A stretch of DNA of 64,000 nt, from contig CM102286.1 in assembly GCA_046563655.1 (NCBI GenBank), positions 1,178,001 to 1,242,000 of the forward strand, given 5' to 3'. The DNA comes from Yuukianura sp. NJ FZ-2021. Its lineage: Eukaryota. This document shows positions 11,901-24,593 of the stretch, piece after piece. Numbering within the stretch: position 1 is the first letter of the stretch; each line of letters begins with the position of its first letter. Made by a program: the position numbers and the translations under genes. The notes beneath the pieces were generated by a model, which searched no databases, had not been told where the DNA came from, and saw nothing but the letters and a program-made list of their open reading frames with translations.

Positions 11901-14900
11901 TATGCGTGTGGCAGGCCACCACCGTGGTCTAATATTACTTTTTAAATCTCCCTCTTCTCCAGTTTCAGACATGCCAAGGGAGGATATTCTGTGCCATTTT
12001 GAAGAAACGTACGACTTTATTGAACAAGCTCTCAGAGAAGGGAATGAGAGTGGAGCAATCTTGGTACACTGGTGAGTTTGAAAAAAAAATAACAAACATG
12101 GTTCGGAATTTCAAATTTTAGAAAAGTTTCACAATGTGTCGTGTGACCCTGATGAGCTTCTGCTTTTTGCTACGACGTGGTTGGAATTAACAAAACAACT
12201 CTGCTTTTGTACTTCAAACAGATTCGATCAGCATAAAAAGCCAAACTTTATGTTCACACTCTAAAAAATATTTCATAGACTAACCTAACCAAAACCTAGC
12301 TTTTCGTACAACTCTTTCATCTCATTTTTGTTCATCTTTGTTCAGGGAATAGAGTGACAGAAACCATGTTTTTATTAAACAACAAAAAGAAAGTACAAAG
12401 GCTGCCACAGCCAAGTTAGCTCGCAGCGCCAAAACACAAAATTTTGAAATTCCTGTGGATTTGAAAACTTTTGGGAGAAGAGAAACAGGAAAACCATAGT
12501 TTTTCGGCTGGTGCAAAAAGTTTGACATACTTTCTCCCGCTCTTTCCCTTTCCAAGCAAGGTTTGTTGACTTTGATTTTCTTTAACAGGTTGAGTAATAC
12601 CTAATGTTTTTTCGATTTTGCAAAAGAAAAAAAAGTGTCTTTCATTTCATGGTAACGTAGTCGTAACAATGCAGAAGAATTTTTTACATTTTCTATACAA
12701 ATTGATACCAATTTTTTGGAATGGTACCAATATTTCATTTTTTTTTGTGTACAAGCGAGGTGGTACTCAACCTGTTAAAGAAAATTCAGTTTTTATTTCA
12801 AGGAACCTTGCTTTCTAAAACTTAAAACTTTTTAGGTTATGCTAAAATTCTAATTCATTTTCAGAAATTTCATAAATTTTAACAGTTTGTTTATTCCTCT
12901 CACTCCCTCTCTCTCTCTCTCTCTCGTTTTTTTTATAGTTACTTTGGTGTTTCTCGAAGTGCGACAATTACGTTGGCCTACATGATGAGGAAATGGGAAA
13001 TTTCATTAGAAGAGGCACAGGAGAGGTAAGCTTTTCACTTTTTCCTTTTAAAACTAGCATGAAGAATTGTATGGTGAAATGACTTTTGGAGTTTTCACTG
13101 CGCAGGCGTCGGAGAAAGTAAAAGTTATTGTGTAAAGAACGGCATATCTAATTAACTTTATGCTAATCCGTCATCACTTGCCGTTTCCTTTGTCCGTGAC
13201 TTTCTCTTGTCTCACTTTGCCCCAAGTCTTTCGCCACTTCTTTGTCATCTAAGAATTCAAACTTTGGAGATGCGCGCGGGATTTAAATTTTTGGTTTTTG
13301 TGGTGTACTAAACCTAAAACCTAAAATTTAAGCTGGTGGGAGACTCAAAAAACTTAAACCGCCCACAGAAAAAAGTTTTTATAGCGTTTTTTACGCTTTC
13401 GAAAATCAAAGTCGTTAGAACTTTTATGACAAAGAAACCACAAAGATTTCGGATTCAAGATTCTTAATTATAAAAAACTTAAAGTTTATCAATTTTGAAA
13501 CTTCCAAACTTTTTTAATGTATTTTTTTTAGGTTAAAAGCAAGACGAAGCATGGTTGGCCCCAACTTTGGTTTCCTGTCTCAACTGAAACTTTATGAGAA
13601 AATGAGATTTAGAATTGACAAGCGAAATCTGTTTTATCGCAGATTTAGACTGCGAGTTGCTTCCGATAAAGTAAAATCTGGTAAGTTTTATTTCAAAAAC
13701 CTAAAAAACGACTTCAAACTTTTGTGACTTGAGTATTTTATTTTGTTCAACTCAAAATGTTGTTTAAAGAAAAACTTTATTGGGTTTCTTCCAGAAGTCA
13801 AACTATTTTTTAAGGGTTCATGAATTCTAATGTTTGCTTTCTGGTAGACTGAAAGTTGAAGTCGTTTGAATTCAATTGTTATTCCAGTTTTCAGGTTAGG
13901 TTAGCCTAACTTACCCGCTTTTTTCTTTTCCCGGGTACTTTAGTGAAAATCCTGCCGCATCCTTACACAGATGTAATAAAGCCAGATCCATCATTCTCCA
14001 CTCCACGGCCTGAACCTGTCGTCTACCAGTGCAGAAAGTGCAGGCAAGAAAAAATTTCTGTTTTTTTGAAAAAAAAAAGTTTTCTCCTTTCTTCGTTTCT
14101 TTTCTTTGATCTCTTTCACTTCAACGGAAGAAAGAGAAAAATATGGTCTCTACGGAGAGACTAAATGAATCTGAAAACAAGACGAAGAAAAATACGGAAA
14201 ATGGAAGATGACTTTTGGACTTTCATTGAAATTCATTTTCATGTTTGAAATTTTCATTTTTTTAGAAGAGTATTGGCAGCAGCCAGTAATTTGCTCACTC
14301 ACTTCCCGCGCAAAACCCCGTCATGGTTTGACTTTTCGGAAGAAGAGGTCAAAGGTCCTCTTTGCACTGAGATCATCTATGTTGAACCCATCGCGTGGAT
14401 GACTGCCGTTCACAATAATTTACAAGGAAAACTGTACTGTCCTAATCAAAACTGTAAATCCAAACTTGGCTCTTTCAGTTGGATCGTGGGTAAGGAAATA
14501 CCGTAAAACTCCAAAGAGTACCCCTGGTCCTCCATCACCAAATTGCTCCATGCTTTCAGAGTTTGCAGACTGGGGCCTTATAGCTCAAGGGTTGTGGTTC
14601 CCATCCCGGATAAAAGAGATCCGGGTTCGAATCCCACTAGGTCTCTTATTTTTTCTATACTCTCGCTCTTTTTCTCACAAGCCATGTGAGCACTGAACCT
14701 CACAATATCCACTTTTTTGATGTTTCGCCCAGTGGATAATATATTTCTTCCGGTTTCACCCGGACGAAATGGCCGGATAAAATGGATAGAAATGGATACT
14801 TCCACCTAATTTGATGTAGGTGGAAGAAATATTTTGTGTATCCGACCACACTGAGCGTCGGACATTATGTGGGAGTGTACTATTTGAAGATTTACGGTAA

Positions 14901-15309
14901 CTTAGCGTAATGTTAAATTGAATTTTTATCGGTTCAGGATAAATTGAAAACATAAATCTGTCCTGGAGAGCTCTTGTATTTTCGATAGTAGAAAAAAAAT
15001 AATTTTCTTAGTGGTTTCATGACTCGATGAATTTTGGGAATGTAAAAAATAAACTTTTTCAGTTTTTTTAACTCAAGTGGCGCGGTATCTTTGAATTTTT
15101 TAGGATGCTTATGTCCATGTGGAGCTAAAGTTCAACCGGCCTTTTACTTCGTGCCATCCAAGGTATGACAAAAAAAGAAGTTATTCATAATTAAAAAAAA
15201 ATTACTAAAGAAAGTTTGTTTAGTTTTGTTTCATATGTTTTTTCTGAAATGTCTAACTTTGAAGGTTGACCGCTCAACGTCTGTGCTCAACTTGCAAATT
15301 ACCATTTGA
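5996..15309 (+). CDS. DUSP12: Dual-specificity protein phosphatase 12 / YVH1-like (DSP domain plus C-terminal Zn-binding domain), 9 exons
   Basis: Exons 5996-6329, 11232-11363, 11963-12071, 12939-13025, 13532-13680, 13944-14043, 14266-14489, 15104-15162 and 15265-15309 splice in frame. The product reads FYLGNLAAACD...ILVHCYFGVSRSATITLAYMMRK (HCxxGxSRS catalytic loop)...PNFGFLSQL...YQCRKCRRVL...GKLYCPNQNCKSKLGSFSWIVGCLCPCGAKVQPAFYFVPSKVDRS..., the typical DUSP12 architecture. Confidence 0.93.
6534..6758. mobile_element. Tc1/mariner (pogo-like) MITE in DUSP12 intron 1
   Basis: TA-CAGTGGAACCTC ... GAGGTTCCACTG-TA: 12-bp perfect TIR with TA TSD. The interior has degenerate ACCACCTACCAC repeats. 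Confidence 0.8.
9721..9893. mobile_element. Short MITE-like element, copy 1 (CAGGGTTG...CAACACTG ends)
   Basis: Imperfect terminal inverted repeats. Its reverse complement aligns over about 150 bp with 14706-14853 (shared AAAATGGATAGAAATGGATACTT and CCTAATTTGATGTAGG). Confidence 0.65.
10944..10956. promoter_or_regulatory. Perfect IR1 nuclear-receptor palindrome AGGTCA-A-TGACCT (EcR/USP-type element)
   Basis: Exact match to the AGGTCAnTGACCT consensus, located in DUSP12 intron 1. Function is inferred only. Confidence 0.45.
11417..11758. repeat. Foldback/MITE-like element with 18-bp perfect inverted ends and three internal direct repeats (DUSP12 intron 2)
   Basis: CTTGGTTGAAGTAAGGAT (11417-11434) is the reverse complement of ATCCTTACTTCAACCAAG (11741-11758). 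Three degenerate copies of an ATGGGTACATTTTGTCGGCTAAT.CTTAC.TCAACCA-like unit start at about 11470, 11627 and 11718. Confidence 0.6.
12907..12925 (+). repeat. (CT)n microsatellite in the polypyrimidine tract before DUSP12 exon 4
   Basis: Directly visible CTCTCTCT run. Confidence 0.8.
14572..14645 (+). pseudogene. Degenerate tRNA-derived sequence (tRNA pseudogene or SINE head) in DUSP12 intron 7
   Basis: Pol III A box TAGCTCAAGG and B box GGTTCGAATCCC are present, with a possible acceptor stem GGGGCCT/AGGTCTC. The T-stem is mispaired and I cannot fold a convincing anticodon arm. Confidence 0.6.
14706..14853. mobile_element. Short MITE-like element, copy 2 (inverted relative to 9721-9893)
   Basis: Similar to the reverse complement of 9721-9880. 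Confidence 0.6.
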
Positions 15310-16019
15310 GTCGAACGTGTCCAGAAGACTGAAGGCGTGCAGAGTTTATTCAAAACTTTCTTCAATCAAATCACTTCCTGTATATAATTTTTGGAATTAT
15401 GGTTTAATTTATACATAAATTAATTTATTTAATTATATTAAAATTGATTTAAGAATAACAAGTACCTGAGTACTAGCGAATTTCCCTGCTTAAGAATTTA
15501 AACTTTTGCTCTATCTATAAAATTTTTCAAAATGGACAACATATTTTTGTAAAGTACCTTTCTCTTTCTCTGGTTTCAAGCTGCAGTGGCTCCCTCTAGG
15601 TATAAACTTTTCTCAACTTTAAATTTTACAACTTCAACTGTTTTATACTTGCTTCCAAATATTTTAAAAATTATTTCATTTAACGATATTAACAAATAAT
15701 AATTATTATTAATAAATAATGAAAGAATTATTATTAATTTAAATAACTAACAGTACCTCAGTATTGTTTCAAAGGATTTGCTTGTTTTCAATTTAGTCTG
15801 ATTTATGTTAATAGGTCACATTTTCTTCATATGATTCCACTAAAATCGGATATAATTAAAAGCTCAGAAATTAATATTAAGAAAAAGTGTTTACACCTTT
15901 AAAAAAATAATCACTTCTTATTAACAGTAAACTTTCAAGTTAAATTGGTTAGGTTTTCATAAGTACTTCACACAATTCCTTCACTTCATTAGGTAATTAA
16001 TTTGACCACTTATGCTGCA

Positions 16020-17289
16020 TTATTGAAATATAAGTAGAAGTGTAAAAATGTAGTCGACAATTCCCTCGTTTACGGAAAATAACATTCCTCGATCTGCGTA
16101 GTTCAACAGTCCACAGCAAAATTTGCAAGGTTGAAGAGAAATTACAGTTTTAAAAATTGGAGTCTTATGTCTAAATCCATAGGTTTTGAGACTATCAATG
16201 ATGGATTTGGACATCCAGTAGAATTTTGCGCCATTGTATAGACAGAAATTCAGAAATACTAAAAGGCTAGTAAAACCTATCATCCCAACAAAAAATATGA
16301 GTGACATTGTATGTCTAAAACATAAAGTGAATCCAGTAGCACATCCCGCTGCAGCCACGAACGTATAAGATCCAAACGGTAACTTTATAAACTCACTCCA
16401 CAACTGTAGATTGAGTCTCATCTTTGTATAAAAGTTGACCTGCTCGTTCGCACTACTTTGTTTCTTTTTTACGTCTAGCTGACATTTGGTTAACCAACAA
16501 TATATGACATCTCCAGTCACCAACGTTATAACAATGTACAGCATGGATTTGTACATTGTTAGCTGAGTTTGGAAACATAGATATGAATACAGAACTGTGA
16601 GTATCAAAATGACAATGACATTTAAATGGTCCTGCCTCGTGTCAATATTCAATACTTTGTAGGTCACTTCCAGTAATGCTTTGCAAAGCAAGTACATGTC
16701 CACTACCAAAAATAGTGGTATAATCATGCCGCATGCCGGATACACAATTTTCAGCGCAATATAGCACGGTGCTGTAAGAAAATTGCTAATGCGCATTGCA
16801 GTTTTTGCAACATACATGGGATCCTCTGAAAATAACAAAAGGAAATATAATATATAATAAAATAATACCTGTGTGCGGTCTATACGACGTGAAATAGGGT
16901 ATTAAATAATGTTTGGTACCTGACTGATGTCTTATGGCTGGTTTTGTATATTTTGTTAACATGTTGAGTACCTGGAGACATTCTGCGTCGTTTTTGAGCA
17001 TGTTGTAGTCCATTACAACGTTATGTAGCATAATGAGTGTAAACGTTGTTATTCCAAGTGTAAGAACAACGTTCAATCCAAACGCGTAATTGGCAATTCC
17101 CATACAAATACAAGCAACAAAATTGAGAACATCGCTCCACAGAATTGCAGTGGCCCACCGGTAGTATTTTGAGGGATATTTAAGTACAAACGTATTTGCA
17201 TCTGCGTCCCAACACACTGGAGTTTGATATGTCTTATGTGCATGCTCAATTGAAAGAATCACATATTTCAACCACACTGGAATCTCCAT
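16020..17289 (-). CDS. Multi-pass chemoreceptor-like protein (GR/OR superfamily-like), array copy 1
   Basis: Exons 17289-16920 and 16825-16020 with a phase-1 GT-AG intron, about 390 aa, several hydrophobic helices. C-terminal motif SLQPCKFCCGLLNYADRGMLFSVNEGIVDYIFTLLL. The family label is inferred from size and topology. Confidence 0.7.
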
Positions 17290-18616
17290 TCCGTGCAGAT
17301 TCTTGCAATTTGTGCAGTTGCGGGTTATGAATTGAGAGAGAGAGAATGAATGCTGAATGAGCCGCTAGCTACTCCTGTACGTCCCTTATGTGTGGGTGTA
17401 CCACAATTATCATCAATTCAAAATGTTTGACTTGTCCAAATAAAGTGCTCATTGAATTGGATCTTGTGTGTTTTGGCATTTTGGTGCACAGGTACAGTAG
17501 CTATGCAATAGCTAAAATTTGTTTACACTAGCGACCTAGACACAAATAAAATGTTTATCTGTATTGACCGTTTTTGTTTTCTTAAACGTATTTAGCCTCA
17601 ATTTCTTGCAATCCATATTCAGTTCAGACATAAGTTAAAAGCGACAAAGCAGTCGTCTAACTATTTTTTGCTGTTCACCTTCATGAGTTCGCTTTCATAA
17701 AAATTTGATAACTTTGAAAAACTACGGACTTGAAATACAGAAAGTCTTTTTTTTTCAAAAACAAAGGCTTTAGATTTATTTATCATTCCCTAACTCGTTT
17801 AGTTAAAGTTGTTTTTTTCGAGAATTAAGTAAGGAGTTGAGGAGAATTCCAACTTAACTTTTCCAGTTGAACAATTTTATTCACAAATTCTTTCGATACA
17901 TAAATCTTGACATACAAATACAAATAACCTGTATATTTCACTTAAACTTGTTAAACTTGTGCTCAGTTAAGTTTCAAACAACCGGTTCAACTACCTATGC
18001 TAATTAGTTTAGGTTTAGTTAATTTATAAATTGCTTTTAATTATAATATATATATATGTATATTAAAATTGCTTTAAAAACAACGAAGTACAGTAATAGT
18101 AAAAAATTTTAATTTTTGCTGAATCCAGAATTGTCAAAAGTTCTCAAAAGAAAAAAATATTTGTCAAACCCGCTTTCTCTTTATTTGGTTTTAAGGTGAG
18201 TTGGTAATGGACTTGGTAAGTTTCTTTTTAGTTTTTAGCCTAGTTTAGGCTAGCTGACTTTTTCTTCATGCGTTTCCACTAAAATCGGATACATTTAAAA
18301 GCTCAAAAATTAACATTACCTAAATAATTTTAATCAAGTTCACATTTTAATCTACTTATAACAGTGTACTATTTAAAAGTCACAGATCAGCGTGTGTCTG
18401 CACGCGTGATCGCATTGCCTTTTTCAGTGGTCAATGATTGTTATGAACCAAATACTGGATTAGCTAATCAACCTAAAAATAAACAGAACAAAAAAAATTT
18501 TTTTTTGTTTTTTTTATGGTTTGAAATTTCGATCTTTTTTGTTTATTTTTTCTAAATTAACGCTACAGTGTTAGCATAACCACGCCCAGTGGGAGCATAA
18601 CCATTATAATGCCGTG

Positions 18617-19888
18617 TTACTTAAATATAAGTAGAAGTGTAAAAATGCAGTTAACTATTCCTTCGTTCACGGAAACTAACATTCCTCGATCAGCGTAGTT
18701 GAACGGTCCACAAGAAAATTTGCATGGTTGAAGAGAAATTACAGTTTTGTAAATTTGAGTGTCTCGTGGAAATCCATAGGTTTTGAGAAAATTAATGGTG
18801 GATTTACACATTGAGTGGAATTTGCCGCCATTATATAGAAAGAAATTTAGAAATAGCAGAAGACTACTAAAACTAATCATTCCAACAAAAAATGTCACCG
18901 ACATTGTACGTCGAAAACATAAAGTGAACCCAGTGCCACATCCCACTGCAGCCACGAATGTGTAAGACCCATACGGTAACTTTATAAATTCACTCCACAA
19001 CTGCACACCGAGTTTCATCTTTGTATAGAAGTTTACCTGCTTACCCACACTACTCTCCTTCCTTTTTACTTCCAACTCGCATTTAGTTAACCAACAATAT
19101 ATGACATCCGCAACTGGTAGCGTTATGATTGCATACATCGTAAATTTGTACATTGTTAGCCTGCTTTGGAAACACACATATAAATATATCACTACGAACA
19201 TCAAAATGACAATGACAAAGAAATGATTCTGCCCCGCGTTAAAATTTAATGCATTGTAGGTCACCTTCAGTAAAGCTGTGCAAAGGATGAATATGTCCAT
19301 TGCAAATAATAGTAGCATAATCATGAAGCATGCCGGAAATATAATTTTCAGTGCAATATAGCATGGTCCTGCTAGAAGATTGCTAATGCGCATTTCAATT
19401 CTTGGAACATACAGTGGATCCTCTGAAAACAAGAGAGCAAAAATAAGGGAATAAAATGAAATCACACAAGAGTGCAGTGCATACGACTAGAAATAGGGTA
19501 TTAAGAAACGTCTGCTACCTGACTGATGACTTTTTGCTGGTTTTGTATACTTTGTTAACATGTTGAGTACATGGAGCCATTCTGTGTCCTTGTTGAGCAT
19601 GTTGTAGTCCAGTACAACATTTTGCAGCATGATGAGTGTAAACGTTGTTATTCCAAGTGTAAGAACAACGTTTAGTCCAAATGCGTAGTTGGCAATTCCC
19701 AGAAATATACAACCGAAGACATTAAACACATCGCCCCAGAGAATTGCAGCTGCCAACCAGTAGTATCTTTTAGGATATTTAAGTGCAAACCTTTTCATGC
19801 TTACGTCCCAACACACTGAACTTTGATATGTCTTATATGCATTTTCATTAGCCAGGATCACAAATTTCAACCACATTGGAGTCTCCAT
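18617..19888 (-). CDS. Chemoreceptor-like protein, array copy 2
   Basis: Exons 19888-19519 and 19422-18617; paralogous to copy 1. Confidence 0.7.
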
Positions 19889-20655
19889 TTGACCTAAATT
19901 CCAGGAATTTTGGTTTGCCGCTCCTTGTCAAGAACTACAGTTTTCAACTGAGGTGCTTCTACCTATTGTATGTAAAAAATATTTTTTTTTCAAAGTAAAT
20001 GGGAGTGGTTCCCTTTTTCATTTTATATAAAACCTCTTTAGATAAAAGTTTTTAAAATTAACTTTTATTCAAGTGCAAATGGAAAAATTTTTTGGAAATG
20101 GCAATTTTACTACTTTTCTTCATTAAAATACATATTTCCCCTACGCCTATTTAATGTCAACCTTCAACATATTTCTTTGTAATCCCATATCCATTTCATA
20201 CTAAATTTAAAATCCACAGACTGTCGTATAGTTATTTTGCCGTTCGGCTTTATGAGTTCTTAAAAAGTTGTCAATTTTGAAAAAAATATACACTTAGTGG
20301 AGCCCGAAAAAATTTCTTGGCCCTAATTTTTTTTGCAAAGACACTAACTTCACATTGACTTACATACCGACTCGTTTTCGTACATGTTTGTTGAGAAAAT
20401 AGTACAAAAATGCATTGTTAAAAAAATCTGCAACATAGTATCTAACATTTCTAGCAAAAAAATTTTCTCCCCAAATAAAATTTGGTTCACATATGTTGAA
20501 ATAATTTGACTTATTAACAGTAAAACTTAAAGTTAAGGTCTAATAAGCTGGATTAAATTTTTTTTTTTGAATTTTCAATTTTTTTTGTGTTGTTTTTTAA
20601 TTTCCTATGCATGATGTTAACCATTTCCAGTAGTAATATAACCTTTACTATGGTG

Positions 20656-21899
20656 CTACTTAAATATAAGTAGAAGTGTAAAAATGTAGTTAACTATTCC
20701 TTCGTTTACTGTTAGTAACATTCCTCGATCTGCGAAGTTCAACGGTCCACAGTAGAATTTGCATGGTTGAAGAGAAATTATAGTTTTGTACACCTCAGTG
20801 TCACGTGGAAATCCATAGGCTTTGAGACAATCAATGGCGGATTTGGACATCGAGTGGAATTTCCCTCCATTGTATAGACATGAATTCAGAAACACCAGAA
20901 GACCAGTAAAAACTACCAACCCAGTAAAAAATATGAACGACATTGGATGTCTTAAACATAATGTGAATCCAGTCGCACATCCCGCTGAAGCCACAAATGT
21001 ATAAGACCCATATGGTAACCTTATAAATTCGGAAAATAATTGTACTCCCAGTGCCGTCTTTCTATGGTAGTTCACAAGAGCCTGCGCACTGTTCTCTTTT
21101 CTGCTGACCTCTAACTGACCTTTGGTTAACCAACAATATATGACATCCCAAACTGCCAACGTTATCACTACATACATTATGAATTTGTACATTGTTAGCT
21201 GACATTGGAAACACATATACAAATATAATATTATAAGCATCAAAATGACAATAAGAAAATGGTCAACATTTAATACTTTGCTATTCACTTCCAGTATGGC
21301 TTTCCAAAGAATGTACATATCCTTTGCGAAGACTAACGGTGCAATCATGCCGTATGCCGGAAACACAATTTTCAGTGCAATACAGCACTGTTCTGTAAGT
21401 AGATTGCTAATGCGCATTGCAACAGTTGGAACATGGAGTGGATCTCCTGAAAAAAGCGAAAGCAAAAATAATAAAATAATACCCGGTCTATACGACGGGA
21501 AATATGGTATAAAAATAATACAAAGGTACCTGACAGGCGACTGTTGGTTTGATTTGTATATTTTGTTAACATGTTGAGTAGCTGGAGGCATTCTGTGTCG
21601 TTATTGAGTATATTATAGTCCAATACAATGTTCTGCAGCATAATGAGCGCAACCGTTGTTATTGTAAGTGTAACAACAACGTTCAATCCAAAAGCGTAGT
21701 TGTTAATTGCCATAAAACTACAAATGAGGACATTAAGAACATCGCCCCATAGAATTGCAGTGGCCAACCTGTAGTATCCCGTAGAATATTTAAGTACAAA
21801 CGTCCTTGTAGTTGACGACCAACACAATGGAATTTGATATGTCTTATGCGCATTCTCAACAGCCAGAATCACACACTTCAACCATGCTGGATTCTCCAT
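20656..21899 (-). CDS. Chemoreceptor-like protein, array copy 3
   Basis: Exons 21899-21530 and 21446-20656. Start MENPAWLK is homologous to MEIPVWLK, and there is a short in-frame deletion (NVDHFL). Confidence 0.7.
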
Positions 21900-21948
21900 T
21901 TGGTTCAAATTCCAAATTTGGTTCAAATTCCTAAATTTGGTTCAAATT
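21898..21948. repeat. Three tandem copies of ATTTGGTTCAAATT(CC) at the start of receptor copy 3
   Basis: Directly visible, period 18-19 bp. Confidence 0.75.
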
Positions 21949-22697
21949 TTTGTCAAACTCAGAGTGAGCATTGACTTTATCGAAAGAATATCCAGCTACT
22001 GAGTCGCTAACAAACTTTTGTCCGTCTCTACCGTGTGGGTGTATCACAATTTTCACAATTGTCATCAATTTAATATCTTTTACTTGACCAAATAAAGTGC
22101 TCATAAAATTGGATCTTTTGTGTGTTTTACCATTTTGGTTCTTTCCCACATTTGTTTCAATTGCTCCACTGTGTTTACACTAGTGATCCAGTCACAAATA
22201 AGATGTTTATCTGTCTTGACTATTTGTATTCAACTGTATTCCGTTATACAGTTTTATCATCAACCTATTTCTATGTAATCCACATTCAGTTCATGCTTAG
22301 CAGGTAATTTGCAAGTGACAAAGACGGCCGCTTTTTTATGTGTTCACTTCACACTCTCGAGTTTGTAAAAATGTGTCTTCACTTATTTTAAAGTCACAGT
22401 GTTGGAATTGTAAAATTGTCTATTTTTATTGGTAAATACGCTTCACATGCTTGCTCATGTTTAATGCCAACCTTCAACACATTGCCTTGTGATCCAAATC
22501 CATGCTTAATTATAAAATGAGAAACCCGAGCCTGTATTTTTTTTTGAAAAAATTTCAATACTTATTAAAAGTTAAATTTTAAGGTAACACTAGAGGTTGT
22601 GTCCACTTGATTTTACATCGAGTACAGAGGAATGAAAACTACCTTTAAAAAAAATTATTTTTTAAATTTCTTATTATTCTACTACTATTACGCTGTG

Positions 22698-23998
22698 CTA
22701 CTTAAATATAATTAGCAGTGTAAAAATGTAGTTAACTATTCCTGCGTTTACTGTAAGTAACATTCCTCGATCGGCGTAGTTCAATGGCCCACAGCAAAAT
22801 TTGCATGGTTGAAGAGAAATTATAGTTTTGTAGATTTGATTGTCACGTCGAAATCCATAGGTTTTGAGACTTTCAATAGTGGATTTGGACATAGAGTGGA
22901 ATTTTCCGCCATTGTATAGACACAAATTCAAAAATAATAAAAGACCACTAAAAGTTATCATCCCAATGAAAAATATGAGCGACATCGTATGTCTTACACA
23001 CAAAGTGAATCCAGTGGCACATATTGCTGCAGCTACAAATGTGTAAGATCCAAATGGTAACTTTATGAATTCGCTCCACAACTTTATACCAAGTGCCATC
23101 TTTCTATAGTAGTTGACCTGAGCCTGCGCACTGTACTTTTTTCTCTTGACCTCCAGCCGACCTTTGGTTAACCAACAATTTATGACATCCCAAACTGCCA
23201 ACGTTATGACTGAATACATCATAAGTTTGTACATTGTTAGCCAACACTGGAAACACATATATACGTATAGTACTACAAGAATCAGAATAAGAATGACAAG
23301 AGAATTGTGCTGCACCGCGTTAACAGTAAATACTTTGTAGGTCAGTTCCAGTAATGCTTTGCAAAGGATGTACATGTCCACTGCGAAGAGTAGCGGCGCA
23401 ATCATGCCGCATGCCGGACACATAATTTTCAGTCCAACATAGCTTAGTCTTGCAAGAAAATTGCTATTTCGCATTGCAGCTTTCGGAACATAAAGTGGAT
23501 CCACTAAAAAAAGAGACCAAAAAATCTGAACGTTTTTTTTAATGTTGCGTTATCTGCATCGGCGTTATTCTAGTGCGGACTATACGCCATGAAATAGGGT
23601 ATTAAAATAATTTGACTGGTTTAAATACCTGATTGATGAATTCGGGCTTGTTTTGTATGCTTTGTTAGTACGTTGAGTACCTGGACACATTCCGTGTCGT
23701 TTATGAGTGTATTGTAGTCCAGTACAACGTTCTGTAGCATAATGAGAGCACATGATGCTATTGCAAGTGTAAGAACAACGTTTAATCCAAATGCGTAGTT
23801 GACAATTCCCATAAACGCACAAGCGAGGACATTGAAAACATCGCCCCAGAGTATTGCAGTGGCCCAATAGTAGTATTTTGGAGGAAATTTAAGCACAAAA
23901 GTCTTTGTACTTGCGTCCCAACAAACTGGAGCTTGATATGTCTTATGCGCATGCTCAATACACAAAATCAGGTATTTCAACCAATTTGGAATGCCCAT
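22698..23998 (-). CDS. Chemoreceptor-like protein, array copy 4
   Basis: Exons 23998-23629 and 23503-22698; paralogous. Confidence 0.7.
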
Positions 23999-24593
23999 TT
24001 TTGTTTAAATTCCAGCAACTTTGCTATGCCGGTAGCCTCCGCGAGTCGCAGTTGTCAACTGATGTTGCCTGGTTGCAATTTTCTCCTGTATGCAAAAATA
24101 CTTCTTCCTATTCATGTAAATGAAAGTTGGCTCCGCCTTTCTGTTGTATACAAAACATGAATTTTGACATGTTAGAAGTAAGATTATGCATTTGATATTG
24201 AAACCTTGCAAACGTTTTTAAAAACCAGTTTCATTCGATTGCATATTGTGTAGAAAATTTTAAATTGAATAGTTCTTCTTCACATCATTTTTATAAACGT
24301 ATTCTTATGAACTTTCATTTAAAGCATTTTTTATTAACCTATATTGTAAATGGTTTGGAAATTGAACCTTTTCTATGTTTACAGATAAATATTTGCGATA
24401 CTGTTACATTTGTTAGACCGCCCACAAATCCTCTCCATATCAGTTGTCATCAACTTAACATCTTTGACTTGAACAAATATATTGTTTACACTAGTGACCA
24501 TGTCACAAAAAGATGTTTATCTGTATTGACTATTTATTATGCTGACTATTTAGTGACTATTTGACTTTTTATTGACTGCATAATTATGCGGTT

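Noticed and set aside
14572..14645. Functional tRNA gene
   Set aside because: The T-stem is mispaired and there is no convincing anticodon arm, so it is kept only as a tRNA-derived relic.
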